Source: Eledone cirrhosa
Taxonomy: Eukaryota
Length of the DNA stretch: 64,000 bases
Assembly: GCA_964016885.1 (NCBI GenBank)
Contig: OZ024742.1
Span: 130,510,001-130,574,000 of the forward strand
Direction of reading: 5' to 3'
In this document: positions 25,031 to 37,635 of the stretch, one piece after another
How positions within the stretch are numbered: the first letter of the stretch is position 1
Layout of the letters: every line of letters starts with the position of its first letter
Position numbers and translations under genes: made by a program
Notes under the pieces: model-generated
The model's input: the letters and a program-made list of their open reading frames with translations, nothing else
Told to the model about the DNA's origin: nothing
Database searches by the model: none

Positions 25031-25104
25031 TCCTTATGCATATTAACGGCTGAGCAGCCTAATTTACATATCGAGTGAGCAGCCTAATTTGTAAGGAAGG
25101 TATA

Positions 25105-25145
25105 CGGTGCTGATGACAGCTAATAAGCTAGAAACTAGTTCATCG
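25105..25145 (+). ncRNA. Minimal type I hammerhead ribozyme in a Penelope-type pLTR (element ~25050-25395)
   Basis: CGGTG-CTGATGA-cAGCT-AATA-AGCTa-GAAAC-TA-GTT-CATCG; downstream sequence is homologous to the arms of the 36.3-kb palindrome. Confidence 0.75.
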
Positions 25146-25405
25146 TTCCTTTGTCAGTGTTGAAAAAAATGGCAACGATGGTTGCCGAACACTGTACGGC
25201 TAGTAATTCGGGTGTTTGTTTACAAACAAACCGAGCATTATAATAAATGTTCGGTAAACCCATACGTACATATATATATGTGTGTGCATGTATGTATGTA
25301 TATACATACTACTGTACGTCTGTATACATATATGTATGTACGTATACATACTTATATTTAAGTATCAGCCGTACTAAGAGTGAGAAATGAAATTTAATTT
25401 TTTCC

Positions 25406-25440
<35 letters not shown>

Positions 25441-25492
25441 CACACACACATATATATATATATTTATATACACATATGAATGGCTTTATATA

Positions 25493-25536
<44 letters not shown>

Positions 25537-25577
25537 AAGTGTTAAAACGATCAAATTTTAGTTTAGAACATTTATTA

Positions 25578-25622
25578 GCTGACAATTGTTTCTTCCAGAG
25601 GGAAGTCTGGAATCATCGGAGC
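25578..25622 (-). ncRNA. Hammerhead ribozyme, CCGAUGA core variant
   Basis: Minus strand GCT-CCGATGA-TTCCAGA-CTTCCC-TCTGGAA-GAAAC-AATT-GTC-AGC. Confidence 0.75.
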
Positions 25623-26223
25623 ATAAGGAATGTCGAAAATGTGTAACTAGAATCCTAGTCATTTAGAACATTTAGGGTACATAATTGTTATTAGTGTCAT
25701 AGGCATCGTGTGGAGATTCAGAAGTTAAAAAGATGTTCCGCTTGAAATAACACAATTACAGGCAGCACTGGTTGGAAGTGTAATAGGTATAAGTAAAAGT
25801 AAAAAGCACAAGCCAAAAAACCACAAGCAAAAAAACACAGGGAAAGAAGTTATAAGCAAGGACAATTGGTGTACAATGCAGGAGTCAATACAGTCAATAA
25901 TGCATGTATGTGGAAAGAGCATTATAACTCTTTCCTCATACATCCATTATTGACTGTATTGACTCCTGCATTGTACACCAATTGTCCTTGCTTATAACTT
26001 CTTTCCCTGTGTTTTTTTGCCTGTGTATTTTTGCTTGTGGTTTTTACTTTTAGTTATACCTATTATACTTCCAACCAGTGCTGCCTGTAATTGTGTTATT
26101 TCAAGCGGAACATCTTTTTAACTCCTGAATCCCCACATGATGCCTTTGACACTAATAACAACTATGTACCCTAAATGTTCTAAATGACTAGGATTCTAGT
26201 TACACATTTTCGACATTCCTTAT

Positions 26224-26268
26224 GCTCCGATGATTCCAGACTTCCCTCTGGAAGAAACAATTATCAGC
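26224..26268 (+). ncRNA. Hammerhead ribozyme, mirror copy with ATC triplet
   Basis: GCT-CCGATGA-TTCCAGA-CTTCCC-TCTGGAA-GAAAC-AATT-ATC-AGC-TAATAAA. Confidence 0.65.
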
Positions 26269-26439
26269 TAATAAATGTTCTAAACTAAAATTTGATCGTT
26301 TTAACACTTTGTATCTCGGCTCTTTAAAACAGTTGAAAATTTTGCATTGAACTTTTTGTCATACCGGTAACTGGCTAGTACTTAGTACTACCCTCCATAT
26401 TTATAGTTATATCACATATATAAATATAAATATAAATGT

Positions 26440-26526
<87 letters not shown>

Positions 26527-26530
<4 letters not shown>

Positions 26531-26606
26531 GTTGTAACATAAATTCCCGCCGATTTGTGAAAACAAACAAATTATAACAACAGTGGGAATTTATGTTACA
26601 ACCCAA
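26527..26606. mobile_element. 80-bp mariner-type MITE in (TA)n
   Basis: TIRs TTAGGTTGTAACATAAATTCCCGC / GTGGGAATTTATGTTACAACCCAA with TA flanks; the TTAGGTTG terminus is typical of Hsmar1-like mariners. Confidence 0.8.
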
Positions 26607-26626
26607 TATATATATATATATTGACA

Positions 26627-26996
26627 TAGATATGTTTCTTTATTAGCCACAGGGGCACAAAAGAAGGGGACAAATACAAAGGGAGAAGTTTACATAAAAT
26701 AAAAACGTGTAAAATGTTATCACAAATGCAATTTAAAAAATTAGTCGATTTTCCCCAATAGGGGAGACAGTTTATATGGGTAACACATACCCCCGAAAAA
26801 ATGTGAAACCCTCATCTCCAGGAGTACGAAGAGTTTGTACTCCTTTCCTCTCCTCCTCCTTTTCCTCAACCTACAGGCTGATATAGAGAGAAGGCCCATT
26901 CACTCGGGCCATTCTCGCCACTTTCACCCATCTTTCATAAAACTTGCTGGGGTACAGCACCTCTCTCTCCATCCTGATTCTTCTTCCAAAGTGGTA
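26627..26996 (-). mobile_element. Tx1/L1-like LINE 3' end, abutting (GATA)n
   Basis: YHFGRRIRMEREVLYPSKFYERWVKVARMARVNGPSLYISL* followed by a 3' UTR ending AATAAAGAAACATATCTAT. Confidence 0.92.
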
Positions 26997-27119
26997 TATA
27001 GATAGATAGGTAGATAGACTGAATGATTGATAGATAGATAGATATATAGATAGGTAGATAGATAGATTGATTGATTGATAGATTAATAGATAGATAGATT
27101 GATAGATATATCTGTTTAC

Positions 27120-27655
27120 ACATCGAGGCCGAATGCTTAAGAAGTTTTCTTCGCAATGATTAAGTTCAGAATTCGATCCCATGTGACATGTTGAGCAAGT
27201 GTAACTTACCATAGTCATGTGACGACTGAAGACTTGTGGATGAAGCTGGGTAGATAGAAATTGTTTGAAAGATCGTCGGATGAGTTCTACCCGTAATTCT
27301 AAAGGCCAGCCTTGTTAGATATTGTGTCACTCTCAATTGCCGTGAGAATTTCGTTAAGGATACACGTGTCTATGGAATGCTCAGCTATTTACACGTTAAT
27401 TTCACGAACAGGTTGTTCCGTTGATTGAACAACTATAACACTCATTATCGAGACTGACGAAGGGCGGTGAATTGGCAGTATCGGTAGAGGGTTGGACGCC
27501 ATGTTTTCTAGCATAGTTACGTCCCTTTACAGTCTGAGTTCAAATCCCGCCGAGGTTAACTTTGCCTTTCATCCTTACGAGGTCGATAAAATAAAGTACC
27601 AGTAATGTACTGAGTAATTGCTGGCCTTGTGCCTAAAGTAGAAACAATTATCGAA
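27120..27655 (+). mobile_element. SINE family B followed by SINE family A
   Basis: Homology to 7510-8012 and 7157-7370; family A head GGCGGTGAATTGGCAGTATCGG at ~27463. Confidence 0.8.
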
Positions 27656-27754
27656 ACTGACAATGGTCCATTCCTCCATATGTGTATTTAGTCTGAACGC
27701 AGGAATTTGTTTATAAACATAGATATATATATATCTATGGAAGGATTACACAAA

Positions 27755-27792
<38 letters not shown>

Positions 27793-27861
27793 CTACCTAC
27801 CTAATTTCCTATGTATGTATTTATGTTTCTATCTACCTATCTATCTATATATATATATATC

Positions 27862-28450
27862 TACCGACCTGTGGGGCTATGTAGAACGACTATTGTCGCG
27901 GGTGGGACCAATCCAGTTGACCACCGAGTCCATTGTCATGATCAAACCGCCATCCTCCTTCAAAAACGAAGGAGAGGCGGTTTTCCTATGTGTTATGGCT
28001 ATGGTGAAAGAGATTATATGGTGGACGAGGTTAAAAGGGCTGAGGTCAGACACCTTTCTCTCCGGCGAGCAACTGATTCGCTTTTTCAAATATCATTTTG
28101 GAAGAAGAATCAGGATGGAGAGAGAGGTGCTGTACCCCAGCAAATTTTATGAAAGGTGGGTGAATGTGGCAAAGATGGCCCGAGTGGTTGGGCCTTCTCT
28201 CTATATAAGCCTGTAGGTTGAGGAAAAAGAGGAAGAGAGGAAGGGAGTACTCGCTCTTGGTGCTCCTGGAGATGAGGGTTGTACATTTTTTCGGGGTGTG
28301 TACAACCCCTGTGTAACGCCTCCCCCCTATTGGGGATTTCAATTGTTATTTGTTATATTATTAATAGTTTTATTTTCATATACCTGTATGTAAACTCCCC
28401 ATTTGTATTTGTCCCCTTCTTTTGTGCCCTTGTGGCTAATAAAGAAATTT
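27862..28450 (+). mobile_element. Tx1/L1-like LINE 3' fragment between (TATC)n tracts
   Basis: DLWGYVERLLSRV...GPSLYISL*; 3' end CCCTTGTGGCTAATAAAGAAAT followed by (CTAT)n. Confidence 0.93.
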
Positions 28451-28452
28451 AC

Positions 28453-28510
<58 letters not shown>

Positions 28511-30332
28511 CAAGGTGAACGGCTACCTCTCGGAGCCGTTCAAAATCGCGCGGTCCATCCGACAAGGGTGCCCTCTCTCCTCCCTTCTGTATGTGTTGAC
28601 TCTCGAGCCACTACTGCGGAAGTTGGAGTTGTTGCAGGGCATCCCTTTGGAACCGGGATTGCGGAAAGCGGTGTCGGCCTACGCCGATGACGTGACAGTA
28701 ATGGTGTCGACGGCCTCCGAAATCGAGGCGGTCGGCACCTTACTGGAGGAGTACGAAAAGTTCACAGGGGCTAAGCTGAACCGGGACAAGTCGATCGGTT
28801 TGCAACTCGGCACGTGGAGGGGCAGACCGATGCCCTCCGATGGCGTCGTCGGACGCTGGACGGAGGGCCCGGTGAAGTTGCTCGGGGTCTGGTTCGGACC
28901 GGACCTCCAGGTGGAGAAAAACTGGGCGGAGGTTACGAACAGGGTGTTTGCACTGACCCAGAAGTGGGCCAGTTGCAAACTATCCCTGAAAGGTCGGGCG
29001 GAGGTGGCGAACACCTACATAGCGTCCGTCATCTACTACCGCCTGACCGTAGTGCCCTGCCCAAGGGAAACCCTCACCAAGATGGAGCGCGCGCTCTTCC
29101 AATTCCTTTGGAAGAGGCGGGCTCCTATGGTGAGGAGATCCATCTGCTGTCAACACCCTTCGAAAGGAGGGCTGTGGATGCCGTGGCTAATGATGCGTAA
29201 ACGCATTAAGGCTACGGCACCTCTACGTATTCCTCACCGGACAACCGGTGTGGGCCTCGTTTGTGAGACGAACCTTTCCCAGACTCGTCTCACTCACCGA
29301 GCTGCAATCCTGGGTCAAGCAAAGACCGAGAAAACTGGGCGCCTGGCACACTGAGTGTGCCCAGGCGCTCACCGCCCTCTGGCAGGCGGATCCGGTTATC
29401 AGTGGAGACTCCACCGCAACATTCTATAGAGGGCTGGTACGCAGCAGGTGCGACGACGCCTTCGGAGAAGCCCTAGACATGGAGGAGGACGAACTGGCCA
29501 GCCTGTTCGGTAGGACATTGAGCCCGGGACCTACGGACAACTTCCAGAAGTCCCTGGCCTGGCAGTGCTACCGAGGAGCTTTATCCGTTCGAGAAAGGCT
29601 CTACAGACACGGGCGCCCGGGTAGGGACCCCGCCAAAAAGATCTGTCCCAGATGCGTGTGCGACGAGGAAACCGTTGCACACGCATTGGTACACTGCTCG
29701 GGCGTAGCCGATCTGTGGGGCTATGTCGAACAACTGCTGTCAAGGGTGGAACCGATCCGGTTGACCACCGAGTCTATTGTAATGATCAAGCCGCCTCCCC
29801 CCTTCAAAGATGAAGCAGAGGCGGTGTTTCTGTGCGTAATAGCCATGGCGAAAGAGGTTGTATGGTGGACGCGTCTGAAAGGACTGAGGTCAGGCACCTT
29901 TCTCTCTGGCCAACAACTGGTCCGTTTCTTCCGATATCATTTCGGAAGAAGGATCAGGATGGAGAGAGAGGTGCTGCACCCCAGTCGTTTTTATGAAAGG
30001 TGGGTGAAAGTGGCGAGAATAGCCCGTGTGAATGGGCCTTCTCTTTACATGAGCCTGTAGGTGGAAGAGAGGAAGGAACGAGGGAGCACCCCCTCTCCGT
30101 GCTCCTGAGGAAAAGGGTTGCACACATTTTTCGGGGGTGTGTGCGACCCCCCAAGGCGCCTCCTCTCTATTGAGGATTTTGTTATAATTCTATTTTTTGT
30201 TATATTTTATTTTATTTTTATATATTGTTATTGCCTCCTCCCTATTGAGGACGCCTTGTTTTGTAAACTCCCCCCATTGTACTTGTCCCACTTTTGATGC
30301 CCTTGTGGCAAATAAAAGAAACATATCTATCT
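28511..30332 (+). mobile_element. 5'-truncated Tx1/L1-clade LINE ORF2 (RT C-half and Zn knuckle) with 3' UTR
   Basis: RQGCPLS, YADD, LLGVWFG, LSLKGR, SKGGL, CPRC...ETVAHALVHC; one frameshift near 29201 joins ORFs 28515-29354 and 29248-30060; (TATC) repeats at both ends. Confidence 0.95.
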
Positions 30333-30564
30333 ATCACACACACACATACACACGCGCGCATATATATTTCTATAACTTAAATCCTATATATGATAAAAAT
30401 GTATGCGTGAAGAACATTTAAAAGCCCAATATGTCTATTTTATTGTCATTAATAAAAAAAAATTGATTAGAATTGTTTATTAATATTCAAAAAATTAATA
30501 ATTATGCCAACTTTATTTTATAAGGACTGTTTTTCAACAAAAAGCTTATTATTTCTGTTATGGA

Positions 30565-30840
30565 TACGGCATGACCGAATGGTTAAGAACTTCGCTTCGC
30601 AATCATTAGGCCTCAGGTTCGATCCCACTGCGTGGAATGTTGGGCATATGTCATCTTCAATAGCTTCGGGTCAACCAATGCTTTGTATATGAAATTGCGT
30701 AGACGGAAACTGATTAGAAGCTCGTGTGTACCGGATCTTCCTGTAGAATGTTGAGCAAATTACATGTTAATGTCATGAGCAGGTTGTTCCATTGACCGAA
30801 CTGGAACACCCAACGTCGCGACAGACGGAAACCCATTCCA
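30565..30840 (+). mobile_element. SINE family B
   Basis: tRNA-like head (GGCATGACCGAATGGTTAAG...GGTTCGATCCC) and homology to the 7510 and 27120 copies. Confidence 0.7.
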
Positions 30841-31373
30841 TTATCCTGTTTATTCGACTAAAGGCCACCGTTTACACAACCATTCCGGTTTCTGTAAGTG
30901 CTGTACAATATTAGGGAAACATTGACTTTAAGCTCTTCTAGGGCTTTTACTTTTATTCCACTAGGAATAATATTACAGGAACGCGATAGAATATTACCAT
31001 TACAAATGTTCGAAATCTTATTAGTAAACCATCAACTAATAAATCCCCTTGAAGATAAACATGCATATTAGTCCTTAGATGAAGTAGTTGGTCAGAGATA
31101 AGAAGTTTAAAGGTAGACTTTCAGTCTAACAGCTTTTAATTATCTTGAGACAGTTGGCAAAATTTGCTAAAAATTACTGGACAGCAACACTGTCACACCA
31201 CAATACTGTAACTAGATCAGATCTTCGTAATATGATGAGAATAGAATATTTGGCTGTGACCAGGTTTAGTGACACCTCGTGTAGGATGTGGCTCTTCTCT
31301 ACTCAGGTTGGATCTAGAGGAGTAAGCCTCGATAAGAATCCTGCTTGTCTCATAGTAAACAATAGTTAATGCA

Positions 31374-31814
31374 GCAACCACCAGTTTAGTTAGATGACTT
31401 CGACGTCGTGAACACCAGTAGCTTCGCGAGTGATCAACTGTTAATTCGACAATAGGTTAGCACAACTGTTCCAGTTAGGGGAGAGAACTATGAGTATGCA
31501 GGTGTGGTGAGCCGCATATATTCTAGTCATTAGGAAAAACATGCTTCACCTTCGATGGGGGGGGGGGGGGTGACTCGAGAATAAAGAAATTATTATTATC
31601 ATTATTATTATTATTCTTGAGTCATCCCTCCATCGAAGGTGAAGCATGTTTTTCCTAATGACTAGAATATATGCGGCTTACCACACCTGCATAATCATAG
31701 TTCTCTCCCCTAACTGGAACAGTTGTGCTAACCTATTATCGAATTAACAGTCGATCATTCGCGAAGCCACTGGTGTTCACGACGTTAAAGTCATCTAATT
31801 AAACTGGTGGTTGC
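31374..31814. repeat. Tail-to-tail inverted repeat (~205-bp arms) around an (ATT)n spacer
   Basis: GCAACCACCAGTTTA...CTTCACCTTCGATGG...GACTCGAGAATAA mirrored at 31611-31814. Confidence 0.9.
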
Positions 31815-32025
31815 CAGTTTCTAGTATAGGTACAACGCCAGCAATTAGGGGAGATTAAATCGACCCCAGTGCGTTACTGGTACTTTATTTTATCGACCTC
31901 GTAAGGATGAAAGGCAAAGCTAACCTAGGCAGAATTTGAACTCAGAACGTAAAGAGCCGTAACTCTATGCTGCAAGGCATGTTGTCCTACGTTGTACTGA
32001 TAATGCCAATCCAGCGCCCTTAATA
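31815..32025 (-). mobile_element. SINE family A
   Basis: Family A core on the minus strand. Confidence 0.85.
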
Positions 32026-32031
32026 ATTAAT

Positions 32032-32813
32032 CTAATATTCTGACGAACGAGCTTGGTTTGAGAAAGGTGTCTGCACGCTGGGTTCCCCGTCATTTGAGTG
32101 AGGAACAAAAGCGCACTCGTCACAATATGTCATCCAACAATTTGGAACTTGAAGCTGACCTGGAAGATGTCCTGGTACGATGGGTAACTATGGACGAAAG
32201 CTGGGTCCACCAATACCAACCTGAAACAAAATAGCAGTCTAAACTGTGGAAGCACACATCCTCACCCCCAAATAGGCCAAGGTCACACCATCAGCAGGAA
32301 AGGTCATGCTAACTATTTTCTGGGATGCACAAGGAGTGTTGTTGGTGGATTATCTCCAAAAGGGTCACACCAACACCGGACAATACTACAGCAACATGCT
32401 TAACGTATGCGCGAGAACATCAAGAAGAGGCCAGAATTGTTGACAGAAGGGGTCTTGTTCCATCATAACAATGCCCCTGTCTACACATTGGTGGTGGCAA
32501 TGGCAACAATCAGTTATTGTGGGTTCCAACACGTTCCTCATTCACCACCCGCCAGATCTCGCACAGTCTGGCTTCCATCTGTTCCCAAACATGAAAAAGG
32601 ATATGGCCGGACAACACCAAACCATAGATGATGACGTCATAGAAGCTATGGACACCTACCCGAAGGACCAAACTAAAGAGTTCTACTTCAGCGAGATCCA
32701 GTCACTTCAGCATCAGAGGAAGAAATGTTTGGACTCAAAGGGAGACTATGTTGAAAAATAAAACAATTTATATATGCTACTGTTTCTTGGAGACTCAAAA
32801 TTTTCAGTCACTC

Positions 32814-32817
<4 letters not shown>
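32032..32817 (+). pseudogene. Mariner transposase relic (catalytic domain) with 3' TIR
   Basis: KVSARWVPRHL, VTMDESWV, GKVMLTIFWD, HHNNAPV, decayed YSPDLAPSD (PDLAQSGFHLFPNMKK), GDYVEK*; ends ...CAGTCACTCCTCG|TA; stops and frameshifts. Confidence 0.92.
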
Positions 32818-32880
<63 letters not shown>

Positions 32881-32925
32881 ACACGCGCACACACACACGC
32901 GCACACACACACGCGCGCACACACA

Positions 32926-33040
<115 letters not shown>

Positions 33041-34164
33041 TTATATATATTATATATATGTGTATATATAAAGTAGAGTCGTTGGAGCGTCGGATCAAAT
33101 GCTACGTATTTGTTCCGGCTCAATACGCAAAGGTTAAAATTTCTTTTAATCATTTCGGTGTCGATAAATAAAGTACCACCACTAATATTGGTTCTTTCTT
33201 TTTTCTCGGTGTTTTCTCCTTTCCACTCACTTTCTCTCCTTTATATATTTATATACATATATCTGAGTATTTGGAGTATTTAGATAGAACTACATATGTG
33301 GGCGGAATACCATTATTCATATGTATCACACTCACGCACGCACACACACACACACCACACGCACACACGCGCGCACAGACACACACACACACACAAACAA
33401 ACACACACAAACACACACACCTAAATATATATATATATATAGAGAGAGAGATTACAGTAATCAAAGTTCAGTTTAAGTCATTTATTTGCTTACAATTGTT
33501 TCCTCCAAACCGAGGTTTGGGTTCTTCGGAGCAACTATTTATAACATACTTGACCTCCTTTTCAATCCAAGAGACACATAAAACATATGCGCATATTGAT
33601 CAACAATGGGGTGACATTCATCAAATGATATAGCATGGCAATTTACACATAAAGGTTACAGGATAAAAATAAAATAAAAACAAGAGTGAAAATAAGAGTG
33701 AAAATAAAGATAAACATGAAGCGTTGGCAGTCTATGAAGATAAAGCAAGAGGAAAGCTTAGAGTAGTCAGTGTATGAAACAATCTCCCATGTAGCATGCA
33801 CGCGTGTCTTATCTATACATGATTAGAGTGCGTCAGAATGATATTTGCAGGGTCAGGCAGTTGAAGCAGGCAATCGATTTTATTATGTAGGCTGAATTAT
33901 TAAGTCATTTATTCTCATACATCTGTATGATATACAGTCTCGGATGCGGGGAAACACCAAAATATCAAAAACCTTCAACATACTATAAACCTTATTGTAT
34001 CATAGGCAAGGTCGTACCACTGTCCTTGCTCACACCACCACTCACATAATCCATGAGACGCAATATATATATAGAGAACACGCGTCTATCGTATAATTCG
34101 CAGTGGTTCAGCATATAGTCAAGCTATAAACCGTATCCAGTCGGTTCTTAATTAATATATATAT

Positions 34165-34320
34165 ATGTAGAAGTTATATTTAATTTCTTGGGATTCCAAC
34201 AAACATAAATGTTTATAACTGATATAAAGCACTCAACAGTAACTGGAGTAAATATTCGATATATTAATAAATGGAAACTATATTTATAAAACCATAATTA
34301 TTTTATTATATATAAATATA
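34165..34320. mobile_element. Fragment of the pLTR-like family also present at 51418-51700
   Basis: TATAACTGATATAAAGCACTCAAC and AAATGGAAACTATATTTATAAAACCATA are shared with 51628-51652 (reverse) and 51430-51456. Confidence 0.6.
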
Positions 34321-34361
34321 TATATATATATGTATGTATATATATATGAAATAAGTGAAGA

Positions 34362-34460
<99 letters not shown>

Positions 34461-34699
34461 AAAGAATAGAGGTGTAACACACAAGTTATTATATATTGGT
34501 AAACGGAATAGAAAATGGTGACAAACAACACGGACGCTCTATCTCAAAATTATTTTTGAAAAGCATTTAGAAATGCGCAACCGGTAAAAACTTAAAACCA
34601 CAACTGAATACTAACCAATACAATTACTAATACTCTTTTATTCCTAATTAAACTATCTTTTAACTGTGAACAATTTGTCACCATTTTCTATTCCGTTTA

Positions 34700-35090
<391 letters not shown>

Positions 35091-35449
35091 TTTATATATA
35101 TATATATATATATTGTTGGTTTGGCATCGGATACAAAATTCATCTGTATTTGTTCCGGCACAATATACTCTGAGTTCCAATCCCACCGAGGTAAACTTTC
35201 TTCCTTTCGAAGTTAATAAATGAAGTATCAATCCATTACTGGGGGTTGTACCTTCTTCTATCTCTTTCTATAACTTTCTTTCTCTAGAAGGGCGCTGTCA
35301 GCTTGAAAATGTTCCAACAAAACCACCAAGAGTTAAGGCCCTTTATATTCGTTTTATGTTTCTTAGCTTTTATTCCGTGATGAAGGATTGTTTCTGAAAC
35401 TTTACACTTCGGCAAATTACATTTATTCGACTTTGTTGACCGTCTAATC

Positions 35450-35766
35450 CAGCGTTTCTCAACCGGTATGCCCCGGAACCCTAGGGTTCCGCAAGAGGTC
35501 ACTTGGAGTTCCGCGAGAAACAGTGATAAATAACCCAATGCATTTTTGAGTAATTTTTGTTTAATTTCATATTCATATTTTTACTATAAAAGTACGGCAT
35601 ATTGCTGGAAAAACCTTGGTTATTATGATAAAAGCTTCAAACTACGATAAAAATATAAAAGAGATAAATGTTAATAATGGTGTATGATAATGTTTATGCA
35701 ATCGTTCCCTGAGACATGAAAACTATTTCAAGTGTTCCACAAGGGCAGAAAGGTTGAGAATCGCTG
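35450..35766. mobile_element. Non-autonomous hAT/Charlie-type MITE
   Basis: TIRs CAGCGTTTCTCAACC / GGTTGAGAATCGCTG; 8-bp TSD GTCTAATC / GTCTAACC. Confidence 0.9.
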
Positions 35767-35964
35767 GTCTAACCTATCTATTCCGCTTCTCTATTGTAGT
35801 TTCCCCCTACTCTCTCACAAGATCCATTTATCTGGCCATTCATTCATTCACCACAATCTATCAACCTATATCTATCTCACAGTATATCTAACTGCACATA
35901 GCTTCAGCTTTGTCACCCTGTTTCTTTGTTTCTTCCATCACTATATATATATGTGTGTATATAT

Positions 35965-36049
<85 letters not shown>

Positions 36050-36114
36050 GTATATATAAACGGAAAGAATGAAACGAAATTTCCTTTCCCACTCTCAGTA
36101 CGGCTGTTACTTAA

Positions 36115-36568
36115 ATATAAGTATGTACACGTACATACATATATGTATACAGACGTACAGTAGTATGTATATATATACATACATGCACACATATATATAT
36201 GTATGTATGGATTTACCGAACATTTGTTATAATGCTCGGTGTGTTTGTAAACAAACATCCCGTATTAAGCCGTAGTGTCCACCAACCATCGTTGCTCGTT
36301 CAACACTGACAAAGGAACGCTGTACTAGTTTCAAGCTTATTAGCTTGAAACTAGTACAGCGTTCCTTTGTCAGTGTTGAACAAAGAGCAACGATAGTTGG
36401 TGGACACTACGGCTTAATACGGGATGTTTGTTTACAAACACACCGAGCATTATAACAAATGTTCGGTAAATCCATACGTACATATATATATGTGTGCATG
36501 TATGTATATATATATACATACTACCGTACGTCTGTATACATATATGTATGTACGTGTACATACTTATA
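36115..36568. mobile_element. ~450-bp palindrome of a Penelope-type pLTR centred on HHR stem II
   Basis: Centre GTACTAGTTTC-AAGCT-TATT-AGCTT-GAAAC-TA-GTA-CAGCG; arms homologous to 25117-25360. Confidence 0.88.
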
Positions 36569-36640
36569 TATATATATAATGAAATACTGTGTGCTTCTTG
36601 CTCATAATAATTTCTATACTTTTCATTTATATATATATAT

Positions 36641-36754
<114 letters not shown>

Positions 36755-37327
36755 ATACTTGGGGAGGGTCATATTTGTGTAATATTGCCAGAATTAATAA
36801 CAGAACACACTCACTGTTTGGTTGGTTTTCGCTTCTCGCTGTCTTTTATATCTGTAATCTAGCTTACTCGGTCCTCAATGTTGCCATTGACTGACCGACG
36901 GTCAAAAATATTACAGATACAATATAGACATAAACACATATATATAGTTTACATAATTTACATAAATCTTTCGTTGCAAATCTGCAACATCGTCAGTGGT
37001 GTTATATTTTCCTCCTGTTGTGTTGTATGTCTACGCCATTTTTTATTCAGTCTGTCTATATATTTATTTATTTATTTGCTTGTTTGTTTATTTTATTTTG
37101 TCTTCTTTGCGCATGCGTTTGCGTGTGTGTATAGTGTTATGTTTGCTGTGTGACTAGTGTGTATAGTGTTGTGTTTGCTGGGTGACTAGTGTGTGTTTAT
37201 GTGGTTGTTGTTATTGTGCTTGTGTATGTATTTATTTATCTTATTTTATTTACTTATTTATACTTCTCTTAGGTCAGTGTTGTTTGTTTGGGTGTTGTTG
37301 CTATTAAACTAATTCATCGCCGCTATA

Positions 37328-37439
<112 letters not shown>

Positions 37440-37450
37440 ATATATTATAT

Positions 37451-37483
<33 letters not shown>

Positions 37484-37583
37484 AATATATATATATATTT
37501 AATAAATATTTGGTCTACCGTTCTTATATATTTGATATATATTTATCCTTATCGAGCCCTCTTTGGATTTTAGTCTTCAAATT

Positions 37584-37635
<52 letters not shown>

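Larger units (their letters stand above)
25534..26312. mobile_element. ~780-bp palindrome: head-to-head inverted Penelope-type pLTR pair
   Basis: ~385-bp arms with scattered mismatches and loop CATTATAA at 25920-25927; each arm carries an HHR followed by AATAAA; TA/CA microsatellite flanks. Confidence 0.85.
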
